In this document: in pieces, positions 35,176-45,465 of the stretch | How the letters are laid out: each line of letters begins with the position of its first letter | Numbering within the stretch: the stretch's first letter is position 1 | DNA from: a virus | Virus record (IMG/VR): IMGVR_UViG_3300030107_007800 | Coordinates: 1 to 64,000 of that record | Reading direction: 5' to 3' (one strand) | Length of the DNA: 64,000 nucleotides | Translations under genes and position numbers: made by a program | The notes under the pieces: model-generated | Seen by the model: only the letters and a program-made list of their open reading frames with translations | Databases searched by the model: none | Told to the model about the DNA's origin: nothing

Positions 35176-35913
35176 ATGAGAAATCTTGGAATTAGCATTG
35201 TAACGGGGACCTTAAACAGGAGACATTTATTGTGGGACTTGATTGAGAACACAATAGACTCAAACCCGAGATTGGAACTTGTGTTAGTTGATGGTGGTTC
35301 AACCGATGGTACTGTAGAAGCCATAAAAGCGCTAAATCATCCACAAGTTAAATTGATCGAAGTCGGAGAAAGAAGTAGTTATCCCCACTATATGGGCTTG
35401 GGCATAAAAAGCGCTTCTTATGAATATGTCTGTCAGTGGAATGATGATGTGCTGTTGGTTAATGATTGGCGTCAAGTTATAAATAACCTAGATGATAGTG
35501 GAATGTATATTTTTAATTGGAAATATGGAACAAAGGAAGATTTAAAAAATCCAGACTGGCTAGCAGGTGATCAACATTCACAGGGGTGGTTTCTGTCCAA
35601 CTCCAAACAGGAGGATGGATCTGGGGATATATGCGTTAATTATGGCATATACCACAAAAAGGTTTATCGAGAGTTGGGTATGTATGATAGTCAATTTAAA
35701 TATTATTATGCAGACGGAGATTTAGCGGAAAGAGTTTGGCACTCAAAGAAATTTAAAATTAAAACACTAAGGAACATAAAGGTTTTAGCTCTTTCTGACA
35801 CACCAAAGACAGCAATCCACTATCAGAATGATCCTGAGATATACCACAGTAATATAGCAGCGTATAAAAAAGGGATATTTAACTTCCCTACAGTGGAGAA
35901 ATTAAGTGAATAA
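35176..35913 (+). CDS. GT2 family glycosyltransferase
   Basis: LVDGGSTDGT, WNDD, YYAD. Confidence 0.85.
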   Translation: MRNLGISIVTGTLNRRHLLWDLIENTIDSNPRLELVLVDGGSTDGTVEAIKALNHPQVKLIEVGERSSYPHYMGLGIKSASYEYVCQWNDDVLLVNDWRQVINNLDDSGMYIFNWKYGTKEDLKNPDWLAGDQHSQGWFLSNSKQEDGSGDICVNYGIYHKKVYRELGMYDSQFKYYYADGDLAERVWHSKKFKIKTLRNIKVLALSDTPKTAIHYQNDPEIYHSNIAAYKKGIFNFPTVEKLSE

Positions 35914-36604
35914 AATACTGTCTTTTAGCCTTTATGGTGATGATCCAAAATATACTATAGGTATGAAAAGAAACATTGAGCTTTTGAATGAAGTATATGG
36001 AGATGATTGGAAAATAAGAATATATTTGGATGATACTGTGCCTAGAGAGATGGCAAAAGAGTATAGTCAAATGGGCGCACAAGTCTATGATGTAACTGGT
36101 TCTCCTATAATAGGGGGTATGTTCTGGAGATTTTTGCCATTTGACGACAAGGATGTGGACGTGTTTTGTGTTAGAGATGCAGATTCAAGACTTATGAGAA
36201 GAGAAAAAGAAGCAGTTGATGAATGGTTACAGGAGGGAACTTCTTTGCACATAATGAGGGATCACCCTCACCACAATTACATTGTTATGGGAGGGATGTT
36301 TGGTTTTAACAAAAAGCCGAATGGACCTTATTCTTTTATTGAGGATTACAAAAATTTCATATATTCTGGATATAAATTTAATAAAATGGATGATATGAGA
36401 TTTTTAAATAGATTATATAACAAGTTTCACACTAGCTCAACATCCCATGATAGTTACGGTCGTGGCTCCGTAGATAATAATGGAAATACATATTTAACAC
36501 CTTCAAAAAACTACCCTACAATTAGGAAGAATAAGGAAGAGGGATTTATTGGAGAGATATGGAACGAAGATGAAACTTACGAAATACACAGGAGTTTGTT
36601 ATGA
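35906..36604 (+). CDS. putative glycosyltransferase-like protein (DxD)
   Basis: SFSLYG, WRF, RDADSR, HIMRDH..H, GGM motifs; cluster context. Confidence 0.6.
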   Translation: MNKILSFSLYGDDPKYTIGMKRNIELLNEVYGDDWKIRIYLDDTVPREMAKEYSQMGAQVYDVTGSPIIGGMFWRFLPFDDKDVDVFCVRDADSRLMRREKEAVDEWLQEGTSLHIMRDHPHHNYIVMGGMFGFNKKPNGPYSFIEDYKNFIYSGYKFNKMDDMRFLNRLYNKFHTSSTSHDSYGRGSVDNNGNTYLTPSKNYPTIRKNKEEGFIGEIWNEDETYEIHRSLL

Positions 36605-37386
36605 TGAAAATTAGCTTAGTAATACCTTGTACGCCATATCACTTTTGCAACTCTTTAACGGAAGTTTTAAAGTCATACGAAAACGGAACCGTTGTTCCTG
36701 ATGAAGTTGTTGTGTCTTTGAGTGAGGCACGAAAAGTTAAAAAAAATTCTTTAAACAAAGAAGCCTCGCAGTATTTGAATAGGTGTGCCTCTAATGGCGT
36801 TTTCAAAGAATTTAAAATTTTAAGTCACAGTACAAAACAAACTCACGGTCCAAATAGACAAGCGGGTTCAATGGCAGCCACAGGCGATATTATTATATAT
36901 GGCGATGCAGACGACATTCCTCATCCCCAACGAGTGGAGGCTATTAAATATTGTTTTGAAAAAACTGATGCAATGCAGGTCAGCCATTGGTGGTGTCACG
37001 AAAAATGTCAATTTACTAGTTTTGATTTGCGAGACATCGATGAGCATATGATACCATATTCAGAAGTGAACGAAAAGATGATCGACCCATTTGATCACCC
37101 AAATTATCCTAGAGTTGGCTACGGCGATGTATTTGGCAGAACGCATGGTGGCAATACGGCGGTTCGAAGAGACGCTATCAAAGATATTCGTTGGAAAGAT
37201 TGGCACGAACTTCGAGGTGCGCCAGCAGAAGATTGGCTGTTCTGTTATGAAGTAGCTCACAAATACAAAAAATCAATTATTCTACCTATAGATTTAATTA
37301 AATATTCAGGAGGAGCCGCAGATTTATTGTGGGAAAATCTTCAATGGCGCGGGAATGGCTCTAATAAATCTATAGGAGCAAAATAA
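36601..37386 (+). CDS. GT2-like glycosyltransferase
   Basis: SLVIP, A.GDII..GDADD..HP.R, AED. Confidence 0.75.
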   Translation: MMKISLVIPCTPYHFCNSLTEVLKSYENGTVVPDEVVVSLSEARKVKKNSLNKEASQYLNRCASNGVFKEFKILSHSTKQTHGPNRQAGSMAATGDIIIYGDADDIPHPQRVEAIKYCFEKTDAMQVSHWWCHEKCQFTSFDLRDIDEHMIPYSEVNEKMIDPFDHPNYPRVGYGDVFGRTHGGNTAVRRDAIKDIRWKDWHELRGAPAEDWLFCYEVAHKYKKSIILPIDLIKYSGGAADLLWENLQWRGNGSNKSIGAK

Positions 37387-37387
37387 A

Positions 37388-38185
37388 ATGAAAATAAAAA
37401 GAGCAGTAGTTTGCTTAAATTCATCACCATTGTATTCCGGCATGTGGGATATTCTTGCAGAAGTTTACGAAAAAACAACAGACATTATTCCAACATTGAT
37501 ATTTTGTGGCACAAAAGATGAATTAGAAAAAGAGGTAAAAACAGATTTTGGAGAAGTGTATATTTTTCCTCAATATAAAGAATTTGTTGAAAGACCAGAT
37601 CTAGACTGGACAGTTACGTGGACTCTGTTTTGGGCTATAGCAAATAAATTTCCAGACGATGTGTGTTGCTTTACTGGCATCGATGAATTGCCCATATCTG
37701 CTGTTTTGTGGGAGAAGATATCTAAAATACCTGACAACAAATATATTGTCGGACTAGGCTCAAAACCATATGGAGATTTTGAGCACATAGCCTCTGGGCA
37801 TAATATTGGAAAAGGATCTACTTTTAAAAAAATTCTTGACATACATAGCGACTTAAAGGTAGAATTAAATAGAGTTTGGGAATTGAGATATGATTTGTCA
37901 AGGTGCAATTTTGGATGGAATCTGGAAGACAATGGCTGGTGGGGGATGGACGAAGCATACATATCTAGCAAGTTGTACGACCATCCAGACGTTGTTTTTA
38001 TCGATAACGATTGGGTTTCTGAAAATCTTCAGAGCAAGAAAATAGACAGAATGTTCAATTGTAGTTATGATATACACAGGCTAAATACAAAAGATTATTG
38101 GACTGCACACCTGATTAGACCGATCACTGATCCAAATAAAAAAGAAATAGTCTTAAGATTATTAAAAGATATGGGAATTAGATGA
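37388..38185 (+). CDS. putative glycosyltransferase-like protein
   Basis: GID, W..DE, IDR, H..RP motifs; cluster context. Confidence 0.5.
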   Translation: MKIKRAVVCLNSSPLYSGMWDILAEVYEKTTDIIPTLIFCGTKDELEKEVKTDFGEVYIFPQYKEFVERPDLDWTVTWTLFWAIANKFPDDVCCFTGIDELPISAVLWEKISKIPDNKYIVGLGSKPYGDFEHIASGHNIGKGSTFKKILDIHSDLKVELNRVWELRYDLSRCNFGWNLEDNGWWGMDEAYISSKLYDHPDVVFIDNDWVSENLQSKKIDRMFNCSYDIHRLNTKDYWTAHLIRPITDPNKKEIVLRLLKDMGIR

Positions 38186-39258
38186 TGAATATTTTAGTTA
38201 CCGCTGCCGGTAGTCCCGGATTCATAAATGTCAATAAGGCTATAAAATCATCTCGTGAATTGTTGGGCAAAGTTGTGGTCCATGGTTGCGACATAAATAA
38301 AGACTCCATAGGTCTTAAAATGATCAGTAATACTTTTGTTGCCCCTCGTGGAGATTCTGAAGAATATGTTTCGTGCATTTATAATTATTGCAAAAAAAAC
38401 AATATTGACTTATTGATACCTTGTGCTGATGAAGAGCTTTTACCGCTTTCAAGATCAAAAAGTATCTTCGACAGTATTGGCTGTAATGTATTGGTTTCGG
38501 ACCCCCCTTCTTTGCAGAAATGCTTAGATAAAGGCAGTTTATATAAGTTTTGCTCCGACAATGATTTGCAGCAGTACATTGTTAAACATCGCGTTTGTAA
38601 TGATATAGATTCTTTATTGGATTCGTATAAACACTTAAATTCTTTGGGACATAAAGTGTGTGTTAAGCCTTCTAAAACGCACGGCAGCCGAGGGTTTAGG
38701 TTGATAGAAGATGGCATTTCAAAAAAAGATTTTTTTGATAAAAAACCATCTCCACACGCTATAACACTGGATTCGTTGTGTGACATTTTAACTAGCGATG
38801 GCTCTGACACCTTTCCAGAATTACTAGTAATGGAGTATTTACCGGGGCAAGAATATAGCGTTGATTGTTATAAAAGAACGCAAGATTTTCTATGCGTCAC
38901 CAGAACTAGAGACGCAATAAAAGAAGGCATATGTGTTTCGGGTCAAACAATTGAAAACAAAGAATTGATAAGAGCGGCAAAAAAAATATATGAAAAAATA
39001 GGCTTGCTATACAATGCTAATATCCAATTTAGGTATGACCAGAAGGGAGATGCAAAGTTACTGGAAATAAATCCAAGATTTTCGGGCACAATGGAGCACT
39101 GTAGAGCATCAGGAATTAATTTTGTAGAGGTAGCAGTGCATAATATTATGCAACTGAAGGAATACGACTATACAGTAAGATGGGGTGTAAAAATGAATCG
39201 TGTCTGGAGTGAGATATTTCAAAGCGGAAATGGCTTTTTTACTCTGGGGGGACTATAA
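38182..39258 (+). CDS. ATP-grasp ligase
   Basis: DK, VKP....GSRG, EYLPG.EYSVD, LEINPRFSG. Confidence 0.85.
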   Translation: MMNILVTAAGSPGFINVNKAIKSSRELLGKVVVHGCDINKDSIGLKMISNTFVAPRGDSEEYVSCIYNYCKKNNIDLLIPCADEELLPLSRSKSIFDSIGCNVLVSDPPSLQKCLDKGSLYKFCSDNDLQQYIVKHRVCNDIDSLLDSYKHLNSLGHKVCVKPSKTHGSRGFRLIEDGISKKDFFDKKPSPHAITLDSLCDILTSDGSDTFPELLVMEYLPGQEYSVDCYKRTQDFLCVTRTRDAIKEGICVSGQTIENKELIRAAKKIYEKIGLLYNANIQFRYDQKGDAKLLEINPRFSGTMEHCRASGINFVEVAVHNIMQLKEYDYTVRWGVKMNRVWSEIFQSGNGFFTLGGL

Positions 39259-39891
39259 ATGACCTCTAATTTTACAATAAGTCATTATGAAAAAACGATA
39301 AAATCATATATTGATTATGGTTATCTTTTTTGTGAAATGGGAAAGGAAAATAAAAATAGTGACTCACACAAGATTATAATGTTTCACGATGTGGATCACG
39401 ATATATCTTTGTGTAAAAATTTTTTAAACGTTGAAAAGTCTTTAAACATTGGAGCAACATATTTTTTGAGATTGCATGCAAGATCTTACAATATGTTGTC
39501 TAGACAGTCAAAAGCGATTGCAGAGCATATTTTAGATTCCGGTGGAGACATTGGCTTACATTATGAACCTAGTTTTTGTCCGCTGGATAAACTTGACTAC
39601 GCGCAACACATCCAAGAAGAAATGGAAATTCTGTCTACAGCTATAGGCAGGGAGGTGCACCTTTTCAACTTACATGAGCCAGCCAGAACAGGTGTCGATC
39701 TCTCCTCTCTTAACGCAAAACAAAATAGGTGCTACAACTCCAGCTTTTTCAAGGATTATAAGTATTTGTCGGACAGCAGTTGCAGGTGGAGAGAGGGATG
39801 TTTTTCTGAACACTTGGGGAAATGGTCAAAAATTCTTGTTTTAACTCACCCAATTTGGTGGTATAATAATTGCCCTGCGGAGAACTATTAA
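39259..39891 (+). CDS. polysaccharide deacetylase/deformylase-like protein
   Basis: HDVD, IGLH, H.P, LTHP.WW. Confidence 0.7.
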   Translation: MTSNFTISHYEKTIKSYIDYGYLFCEMGKENKNSDSHKIIMFHDVDHDISLCKNFLNVEKSLNIGATYFLRLHARSYNMLSRQSKAIAEHILDSGGDIGLHYEPSFCPLDKLDYAQHIQEEMEILSTAIGREVHLFNLHEPARTGVDLSSLNAKQNRCYNSSFFKDYKYLSDSSCRWREGCFSEHLGKWSKILVLTHPIWWYNNCPAENY

Positions 39892-39899
39892 TAAATAAA

Positions 39900-40244
39900 A
39901 TGAATTTTAACGAAACGAAAAAGAATACACCTCACGGAAAAATTGCATTGGTAGATATAGATGATACAATTTGTTTTTATCAAGATAATAGAAAATATGA
40001 TTTAGCAGAACCAAACTACAAAAATATATCTAAAATTAATAAATTATATGATCAAGGGTGGAAAATAATTTATTGGACTTCACGCGGCAGTATTTCTGGA
40101 ATTGATTACTCGGAGTATACAACTTCGCAATTAGATAAGTGGGGTTGTAAGTATCATGAGCTTATTACTGGGACAAGCAAAAAGCCAAAACCAGCATTTG
40201 ACCTAGTGATTGATGATAAGGCAAAAAGAATAGAGGAGTTATAA
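39900..40244 (+). CDS. small HAD-family (capsule biosynthesis) phosphatase
   Basis: DIDDTI, TSRG, KP, IDDKA. Confidence 0.8.
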   Translation: MNFNETKKNTPHGKIALVDIDDTICFYQDNRKYDLAEPNYKNISKINKLYDQGWKIIYWTSRGSISGIDYSEYTTSQLDKWGCKYHELITGTSKKPKPAFDLVIDDKAKRIEEL

Positions 40245-40247
40245 GCT

Positions 40248-41255
40248 ATGACTAAAGTCGCCATAATAGGCTGTGGAGCGATCCTTCGCAGACATATTGA
40301 AGCAATAGAAAAAAATAAAAATTTTACCCTATCTTGTTTGTGCGACACTGATTCAAACATCATAAAAGATGTTCAAAAAAAATATCAAGTTAAAGGATAT
40401 ACAGACTATAAAGAAATGATCGCTAACGAGGATATAGATTTAGTCGCCATAGCAACACCAAATTCGCTGCACGTTGAACAAGCAATTTATTGCTTAAAAA
40501 ACAACAAAGACGTGTTAATAGAAAAACCAGTTTCTTTAGATCCCCAAGGTGTACTGGAGATTGAAAAAGTTGCAAAGCAAAACAAAAGAAATGCTTATTG
40601 CGTCCTTCAGGTACGACTAAATCCCTCTGTGCAAGTTTTTAGAAATGCAATTGACAAAGGTTTACTTGGCACCATACGTGGAGTTAGCCTAATTCAAAGG
40701 TGGCAACGCCCTGTAGAATACTTTACTGGCTGGAGAGCGATACCTAGCATCGGAGGGGGAACTTTATATGAATGTGGTATCCACTATATTGATATTATGG
40801 GATATATTTTAGGCACCCCAAAGGTAGTAAAATCATCTGTATATAAAACAAAGCACAGACACTGTGAAATAGAAGATACGATTTACTCTTTGTTAGATTA
40901 TGGAGATTTTGGTGGCACTCTAGAGGTTACTATTTCTGCTGAACCATTTAATTTAGAGTGTTCTTTGTCTGTTCTCGGGTCTAATGGGTATGTTAAGTTG
41001 GGCGGAAAAGCTATGAATGTAATCGAGACATACAATTTTTTAAGCAATGGGTGTAGAATTGAATTTGAAAATATGTTACAATCTTCGAAGATAGACAATA
41101 AACCAAATTCATATGGATCATACGCCGGGTCGTGTCCTAACCATACTGAATTATATGAAAATTTGTCTAAATTTACGATAGAAAAATCTTATCCATCTTT
41201 AAAGTTAATTGATGATATATATAAAAAATCAAATTTAGATGTAAGGTATTACTAA
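40248..41255 (+). CDS. Gfo/Idh/MocA NDP-sugar 3-dehydrogenase (WbpB/WlbA-like)
   Basis: GCG.I, TPN..H, EKP, Q.R.NP, GG.L....IHY.D. Confidence 0.85.
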   Translation: MTKVAIIGCGAILRRHIEAIEKNKNFTLSCLCDTDSNIIKDVQKKYQVKGYTDYKEMIANEDIDLVAIATPNSLHVEQAIYCLKNNKDVLIEKPVSLDPQGVLEIEKVAKQNKRNAYCVLQVRLNPSVQVFRNAIDKGLLGTIRGVSLIQRWQRPVEYFTGWRAIPSIGGGTLYECGIHYIDIMGYILGTPKVVKSSVYKTKHRHCEIEDTIYSLLDYGDFGGTLEVTISAEPFNLECSLSVLGSNGYVKLGGKAMNVIETYNFLSNGCRIEFENMLQSSKIDNKPNSYGSYAGSCPNHTELYENLSKFTIEKSYPSLKLIDDIYKKSNLDVRYY

Positions 41256-41956
41256 TGAAAATCGGGATTTTTGCATATAATTTTTCTCACTGGAAAACAC
41301 AACAAGGGATTACTAATTTGGCAATTTCAGGGGTAAAGCCTGAAGTTATATTTGCAGCGGATCGCGTAAATCTCAATTTTTATAAATCTAAAATTAGAAC
41401 CAGCCCAAAAGATTTACATCTTGTTCACCCTAAAGATATAGCTAGCCACTATAAAATAGATTATAAAATTGTCACTCATAATTCTGAAGAAGTTTATAAC
41501 ATTACGAAAGAAAGGGGTTTGGATTTGGGGATAATTCTGGGAGCAAGAATACTAAAGCCAATAGCTTTTAGGGGCTTTAAAAAGGGCGTCTTAAACATGC
41601 ATCCCGGAATATTGCCTGAAAATAGAGGTCTCGACACAATTAAGTGGGCTATTATTAAGAATATGCCTCAAGGCGTTACGACTCATTTAATTAATGAAAA
41701 AATAGATAGGGGCTTGTTGGTTGAAAAAGAATTAATTAAAGTTTATAAAGACGACACACTTTTAGACCTTCAAATTAGAATACAAAATTTGGAACAAAAA
41801 TTAATGTTAAGTTCTATAAAAATTTTGAATGAAAAGAGTAGCACAAATGGTCTTAAAAATATTCTTGAGGGATCATATAATAAATCAATGTCTCCTGATA
41901 TTGAAAGGGAGTTGTTTCATAAATTTGGCAAATATAAGGAAAAGTTTGGTATATGA
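41255..41956 (+). CDS. formyltransferase-family protein
   Basis: LNMHPGILP..RG, GVT.H.....D.G. Confidence 0.8.
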   Translation: MKIGIFAYNFSHWKTQQGITNLAISGVKPEVIFAADRVNLNFYKSKIRTSPKDLHLVHPKDIASHYKIDYKIVTHNSEEVYNITKERGLDLGIILGARILKPIAFRGFKKGVLNMHPGILPENRGLDTIKWAIIKNMPQGVTTHLINEKIDRGLLVEKELIKVYKDDTLLDLQIRIQNLEQKLMLSSIKILNEKSSTNGLKNILEGSYNKSMSPDIERELFHKFGKYKEKFGI

Positions 41957-42849
41957 AACTGATACAAATTAACGAATATTTAAAACTCCACGATGGTGAG
42001 AAGATCATCTACTGCAAACACTCTCCAGAGTACCCCGGCAACTATGAATATGTTTGCAAAGAAGTTATTCCATATAAAAAACACGATGTTGTGTTGATTG
42101 TTGCCGGAAGTGATTGTTGTATGTACAATCAGCATCTTGATATATTACCAAAAAACGTTAAAAAGGCATTCTTTTCAAATTGCCATATTGATAAAGATTT
42201 GTGGGGTGATATTATTGTGCCAATTCCTTTGGGCATTGAAATATCGGAGACAATAAACAAGGGAGCATACTCATATTGTCAAGGTTTTCCAGAAGGAGCC
42301 GAGAAAAAATCCACCCTATCAACCTTTCCAACCGGGGAACCATCTAAGTTTATTTACGCCAATTTTAGATTATGGACTAACTTTTTTCACAGAAATCAGG
42401 TCAAACAAATGGCTTTAATTCAGCCACATATAACTTGGTGTGCCCCCCACGGTAGCAGTGAAGAGACTTCAGACAATCCACGCCCTGTGGACTCTGAACG
42501 ATTTGCTGCTGGTATTCCGTATAGCAAATACGTCGAAGAAATCCTAGATCATGAAGCTGTTTTGTGCCCCCAAGGCAATGACAGTGGTGACAATCTTAGG
42601 ATATATGAATCTCTTTATCTTTCCAGAGTTCCATTAACTTTTAATGCAAAAATGCACGAAAACTTACATCATATGTTCCCAACCGTGCTCATAGAAAATT
42701 TATCTGAATTGTTTTGTGAAAATAAAAATGATTTGCAAAAGAGAATTAATGATGCTAAGAAAAAGATGAAACATAGCCATGGCAACGGAAAATATCTTGA
42801 TTTTAATTATTGGCAAGATATGATATTGAGAGAGGCAAATAAAATATGA
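41953..42849 (+). CDS. exostosin-like (GT47-like) protein
   Basis: PIPLG; LCP.GN..D..RIYE.LYL..VP. Confidence 0.6.
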   Translation: MKLIQINEYLKLHDGEKIIYCKHSPEYPGNYEYVCKEVIPYKKHDVVLIVAGSDCCMYNQHLDILPKNVKKAFFSNCHIDKDLWGDIIVPIPLGIEISETINKGAYSYCQGFPEGAEKKSTLSTFPTGEPSKFIYANFRLWTNFFHRNQVKQMALIQPHITWCAPHGSSEETSDNPRPVDSERFAAGIPYSKYVEEILDHEAVLCPQGNDSGDNLRIYESLYLSRVPLTFNAKMHENLHHMFPTVLIENLSELFCENKNDLQKRINDAKKKMKHSHGNGKYLDFNYWQDMILREANKI

Positions 42850-43478
42850 AAAAAGTAGTTGTTTTAGGCAAGGGATCCCTGTGCGTAAAGATATGTGAAT
42901 GGTTTTTGAAATCAAAGGAATATGAATTGTCCTGTGTAGTTCCGGTATTGCCAGAGCCATCTTGGACAGATTCTTTGAGTGAGTGGGCAAAATTAAAAAA
43001 TATAAAAATTATAACATCAGGCAATTACAGAGATTTGGACTTTGCTCCAGACCTAGCTATGTCTGTGTTTTATGATAAGATATTTAAAAAAGACTTTATA
43101 GACTCTTGTGGAAAAATTATAAATTTACACAACTCGCCTTTGCCAAGATATAGGGGCGTCTCTCCAATTAACTGGGCTTTGAAAAATAACGAAAAAGAAC
43201 ACGGTGTTACAATACACGAGATAACGCCCGGAATAGATGATGGTCCGATTATTGGACAAATAAAATATAGCATATATCCCGATATTGATGAGGTAAAAGA
43301 TGTGTATCTAAGGGCTTTAAATTATGGGTATGTTTTATTCGAGCAAACCGCGCCACTGTTTGGCAAAATAGTCCCCAGACTACAAGATGATAGCGAATCT
43401 CTTTATTATGATTCAACAAAAAATGTTTTTTTGGGCGACAGAAGGTACTTTACTAAATCAGAAAATGGAGCTAGATAA
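42846..43478 (+). CDS. sugar N-formyltransferase
   Basis: INLHNSPLPRYRG..P..WA, GVTIH.I...IDDG. Confidence 0.85.
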   Translation: MKKVVVLGKGSLCVKICEWFLKSKEYELSCVVPVLPEPSWTDSLSEWAKLKNIKIITSGNYRDLDFAPDLAMSVFYDKIFKKDFIDSCGKIINLHNSPLPRYRGVSPINWALKNNEKEHGVTIHEITPGIDDGPIIGQIKYSIYPDIDEVKDVYLRALNYGYVLFEQTAPLFGKIVPRLQDDSESLYYDSTKNVFLGDRRYFTKSENGAR

Positions 43479-43479
43479 T

Positions 43480-44340
43480 ATGAAAATAGGTATAGTTGGT
43501 CTTGGGTATTGGGGAAAAATATTACTAAAAAATTTAGTTGATCTTGGATACAAGGACATAACAATATGTGAAAAGCAAAAAATTGATTGGAGCCAAATAG
43601 GGGGAACTAAATATAGAATAGTGCAGTCTTACAAAGATTTAAAATGTGATTTTGTGTTTATCGTAACTCCTCCAAAAACTCATTATGAAATATGTAAACA
43701 TTTTTTATCAAAAGGGGTGAATGTTTTTTGTGAAAAGCCATTGACGCTCTGTGAGAAATCATCATCCGAGTTATATTTAGAGGCAGAAAAATCTGGGGCA
43801 AAGCTGTTTGTTGATTGGATATTTATTTATAATCCTTGTGTTGAGGCGTTAAAAGAAATTATTAAAAAAAGAGGAAAGCCAAAAAACATAATAGCCAATC
43901 GACTGAATTATGGTCCTGAGAGGACTGATGTATCTGCTCGATGGGATTTATCTAGCCATGATATATCTATAGCGTCTTATCTGCTGGAGGAATATCCTGC
44001 CGATATTAAGTGGGTTGATTTTAAAAGAAATATTAATTCTTTACAAAATGACAGTGTTGTTGGTATAATATCCTTTGAAAAAACAAACCTACAGGTAAAT
44101 GCGAGTTGGGAATTTGGCAAAAAAGATAGGATGTATACCTTAGAATTTGATGATGGTTTTGTTTATTGGGATGATAATGAAAAGACCGTGATTGATGGCT
44201 TTGACAATGTTCAGGTACCCGAACACTCACCATTACACACCAGTATAAGCCAGTTTATCAGCGGCAAGTTTAATAAGCGACAGCAAAAAAAGATAACTTT
44301 AGACACAATAAGGATTTTAGAGAATGAAAGTAAAATTTAA
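43480..44340 (+). CDS. Gfo/Idh/MocA oxidoreductase
   Basis: GLGYWG, TP...H, CEKP, DL..HD. Confidence 0.85.
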   Translation: MKIGIVGLGYWGKILLKNLVDLGYKDITICEKQKIDWSQIGGTKYRIVQSYKDLKCDFVFIVTPPKTHYEICKHFLSKGVNVFCEKPLTLCEKSSSELYLEAEKSGAKLFVDWIFIYNPCVEALKEIIKKRGKPKNIIANRLNYGPERTDVSARWDLSSHDISIASYLLEEYPADIKWVDFKRNINSLQNDSVVGIISFEKTNLQVNASWEFGKKDRMYTLEFDDGFVYWDDNEKTVIDGFDNVQVPEHSPLHTSISQFISGKFNKRQQKKITLDTIRILENESKI

Positions 44341-45460
44341 TGATTTAAACGCACAATGGCAAGTTATTAAAGAAGAGAGCACAAAAGGTATCGATAGGCT
44401 TTTTGAGCGTTCGAATTTTATTTTAGGAGAGGAAGTAAGCCAGTTTGAAGATAGCTTTGCTAAATACGTGGGGTGCAAATACGCTGTTGGTGTATCGAAT
44501 GGAACAGACGCCCTAAAATTGTCAGCCCAAGCATTAAATCTTAACAAGCAAGGTATAACTGATGGATCAAAAAGCTGTTTTGTGATACCAGCGCTAACTT
44601 TTGTTGCCACACTGGGGGGCATAGAGCAGGCTTACCCAAACGCTTGGTGCGAACTCATTGATTGTGATGAAAACTTTCAAATGGACGTAGGCATTCTGGA
44701 AACCTTCGTAGCTAACAATAGGGCACTCTATGATGATATGGTTATTGTCCCTGTGCATTTGTATGGTTACTCCTGTGATATGACTGCTATATGCAAAATC
44801 GCTAAAGATTGGGGGTGCAAAATATTAGAAGACTCCTCTCAGGCTCACGGCACAAAACACGCTGGACAAGTTGTTGGATCTTTTGGAGATATTTCAGCTT
44901 TTTCTTTGTACCCCGGAAAGAACCTTGGTGCGGCAGGAGATGCGGGAATTATAACCACTAATGACGAAGAGCTATACAAAAGGCTTTTAAAGTTAAGGAA
45001 TTTAGGATCTGTAGAGAAGCACGTCCATGATATCAGGGGCGGTAATCATAGGTTAGACACTATTCAGGCAATTATACTTAATGAAAAAATTAAACACATT
45101 GAAGAGTGGAACCAAAACAGAAGAGATGTGGTGGGCAAATATGAAAAATTAATTAACAATCCTTTGATAAAACTGCCATCAACGCCGGATAATTGCCTGC
45201 CAACGCATCACGTATATCCGGTTATAGTAGAAGATAGAGAGCATTTTATTTCATTTTTGCAATCAAAAAATATTGATTGGGGAATACACTACAAAATATG
45301 CATAGAAGAGATGGAGCCGTATATTCACATAGTTGACGAGCCAAATGAGAAGGCTATAAAAAATGCACAACATATGGTTAGTTTGCCCATCCATCCTTTT
45401 ATGACTGAAAGTGAGGTGCAATATCTATGCGATTCGCTAAATGAATATGATGGGAAATAA
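44324..45460 (+). CDS. DegT/DnrJ PLP-dependent sugar aminotransferase
   Basis: SNGTDAL, VHLYG, ED.SQAHG, SLYPGKNLGAAGDAG. Confidence 0.9.
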   Translation: MKVKFNDLNAQWQVIKEESTKGIDRLFERSNFILGEEVSQFEDSFAKYVGCKYAVGVSNGTDALKLSAQALNLNKQGITDGSKSCFVIPALTFVATLGGIEQAYPNAWCELIDCDENFQMDVGILETFVANNRALYDDMVIVPVHLYGYSCDMTAICKIAKDWGCKILEDSSQAHGTKHAGQVVGSFGDISAFSLYPGKNLGAAGDAGIITTNDEELYKRLLKLRNLGSVEKHVHDIRGGNHRLDTIQAIILNEKIKHIEEWNQNRRDVVGKYEKLINNPLIKLPSTPDNCLPTHHVYPVIVEDREHFISFLQSKNIDWGIHYKICIEEMEPYIHIVDEPNEKAIKNAQHMVSLPIHPFMTESEVQYLCDSLNEYDGK

Positions 45461-45465
45461 TATTG

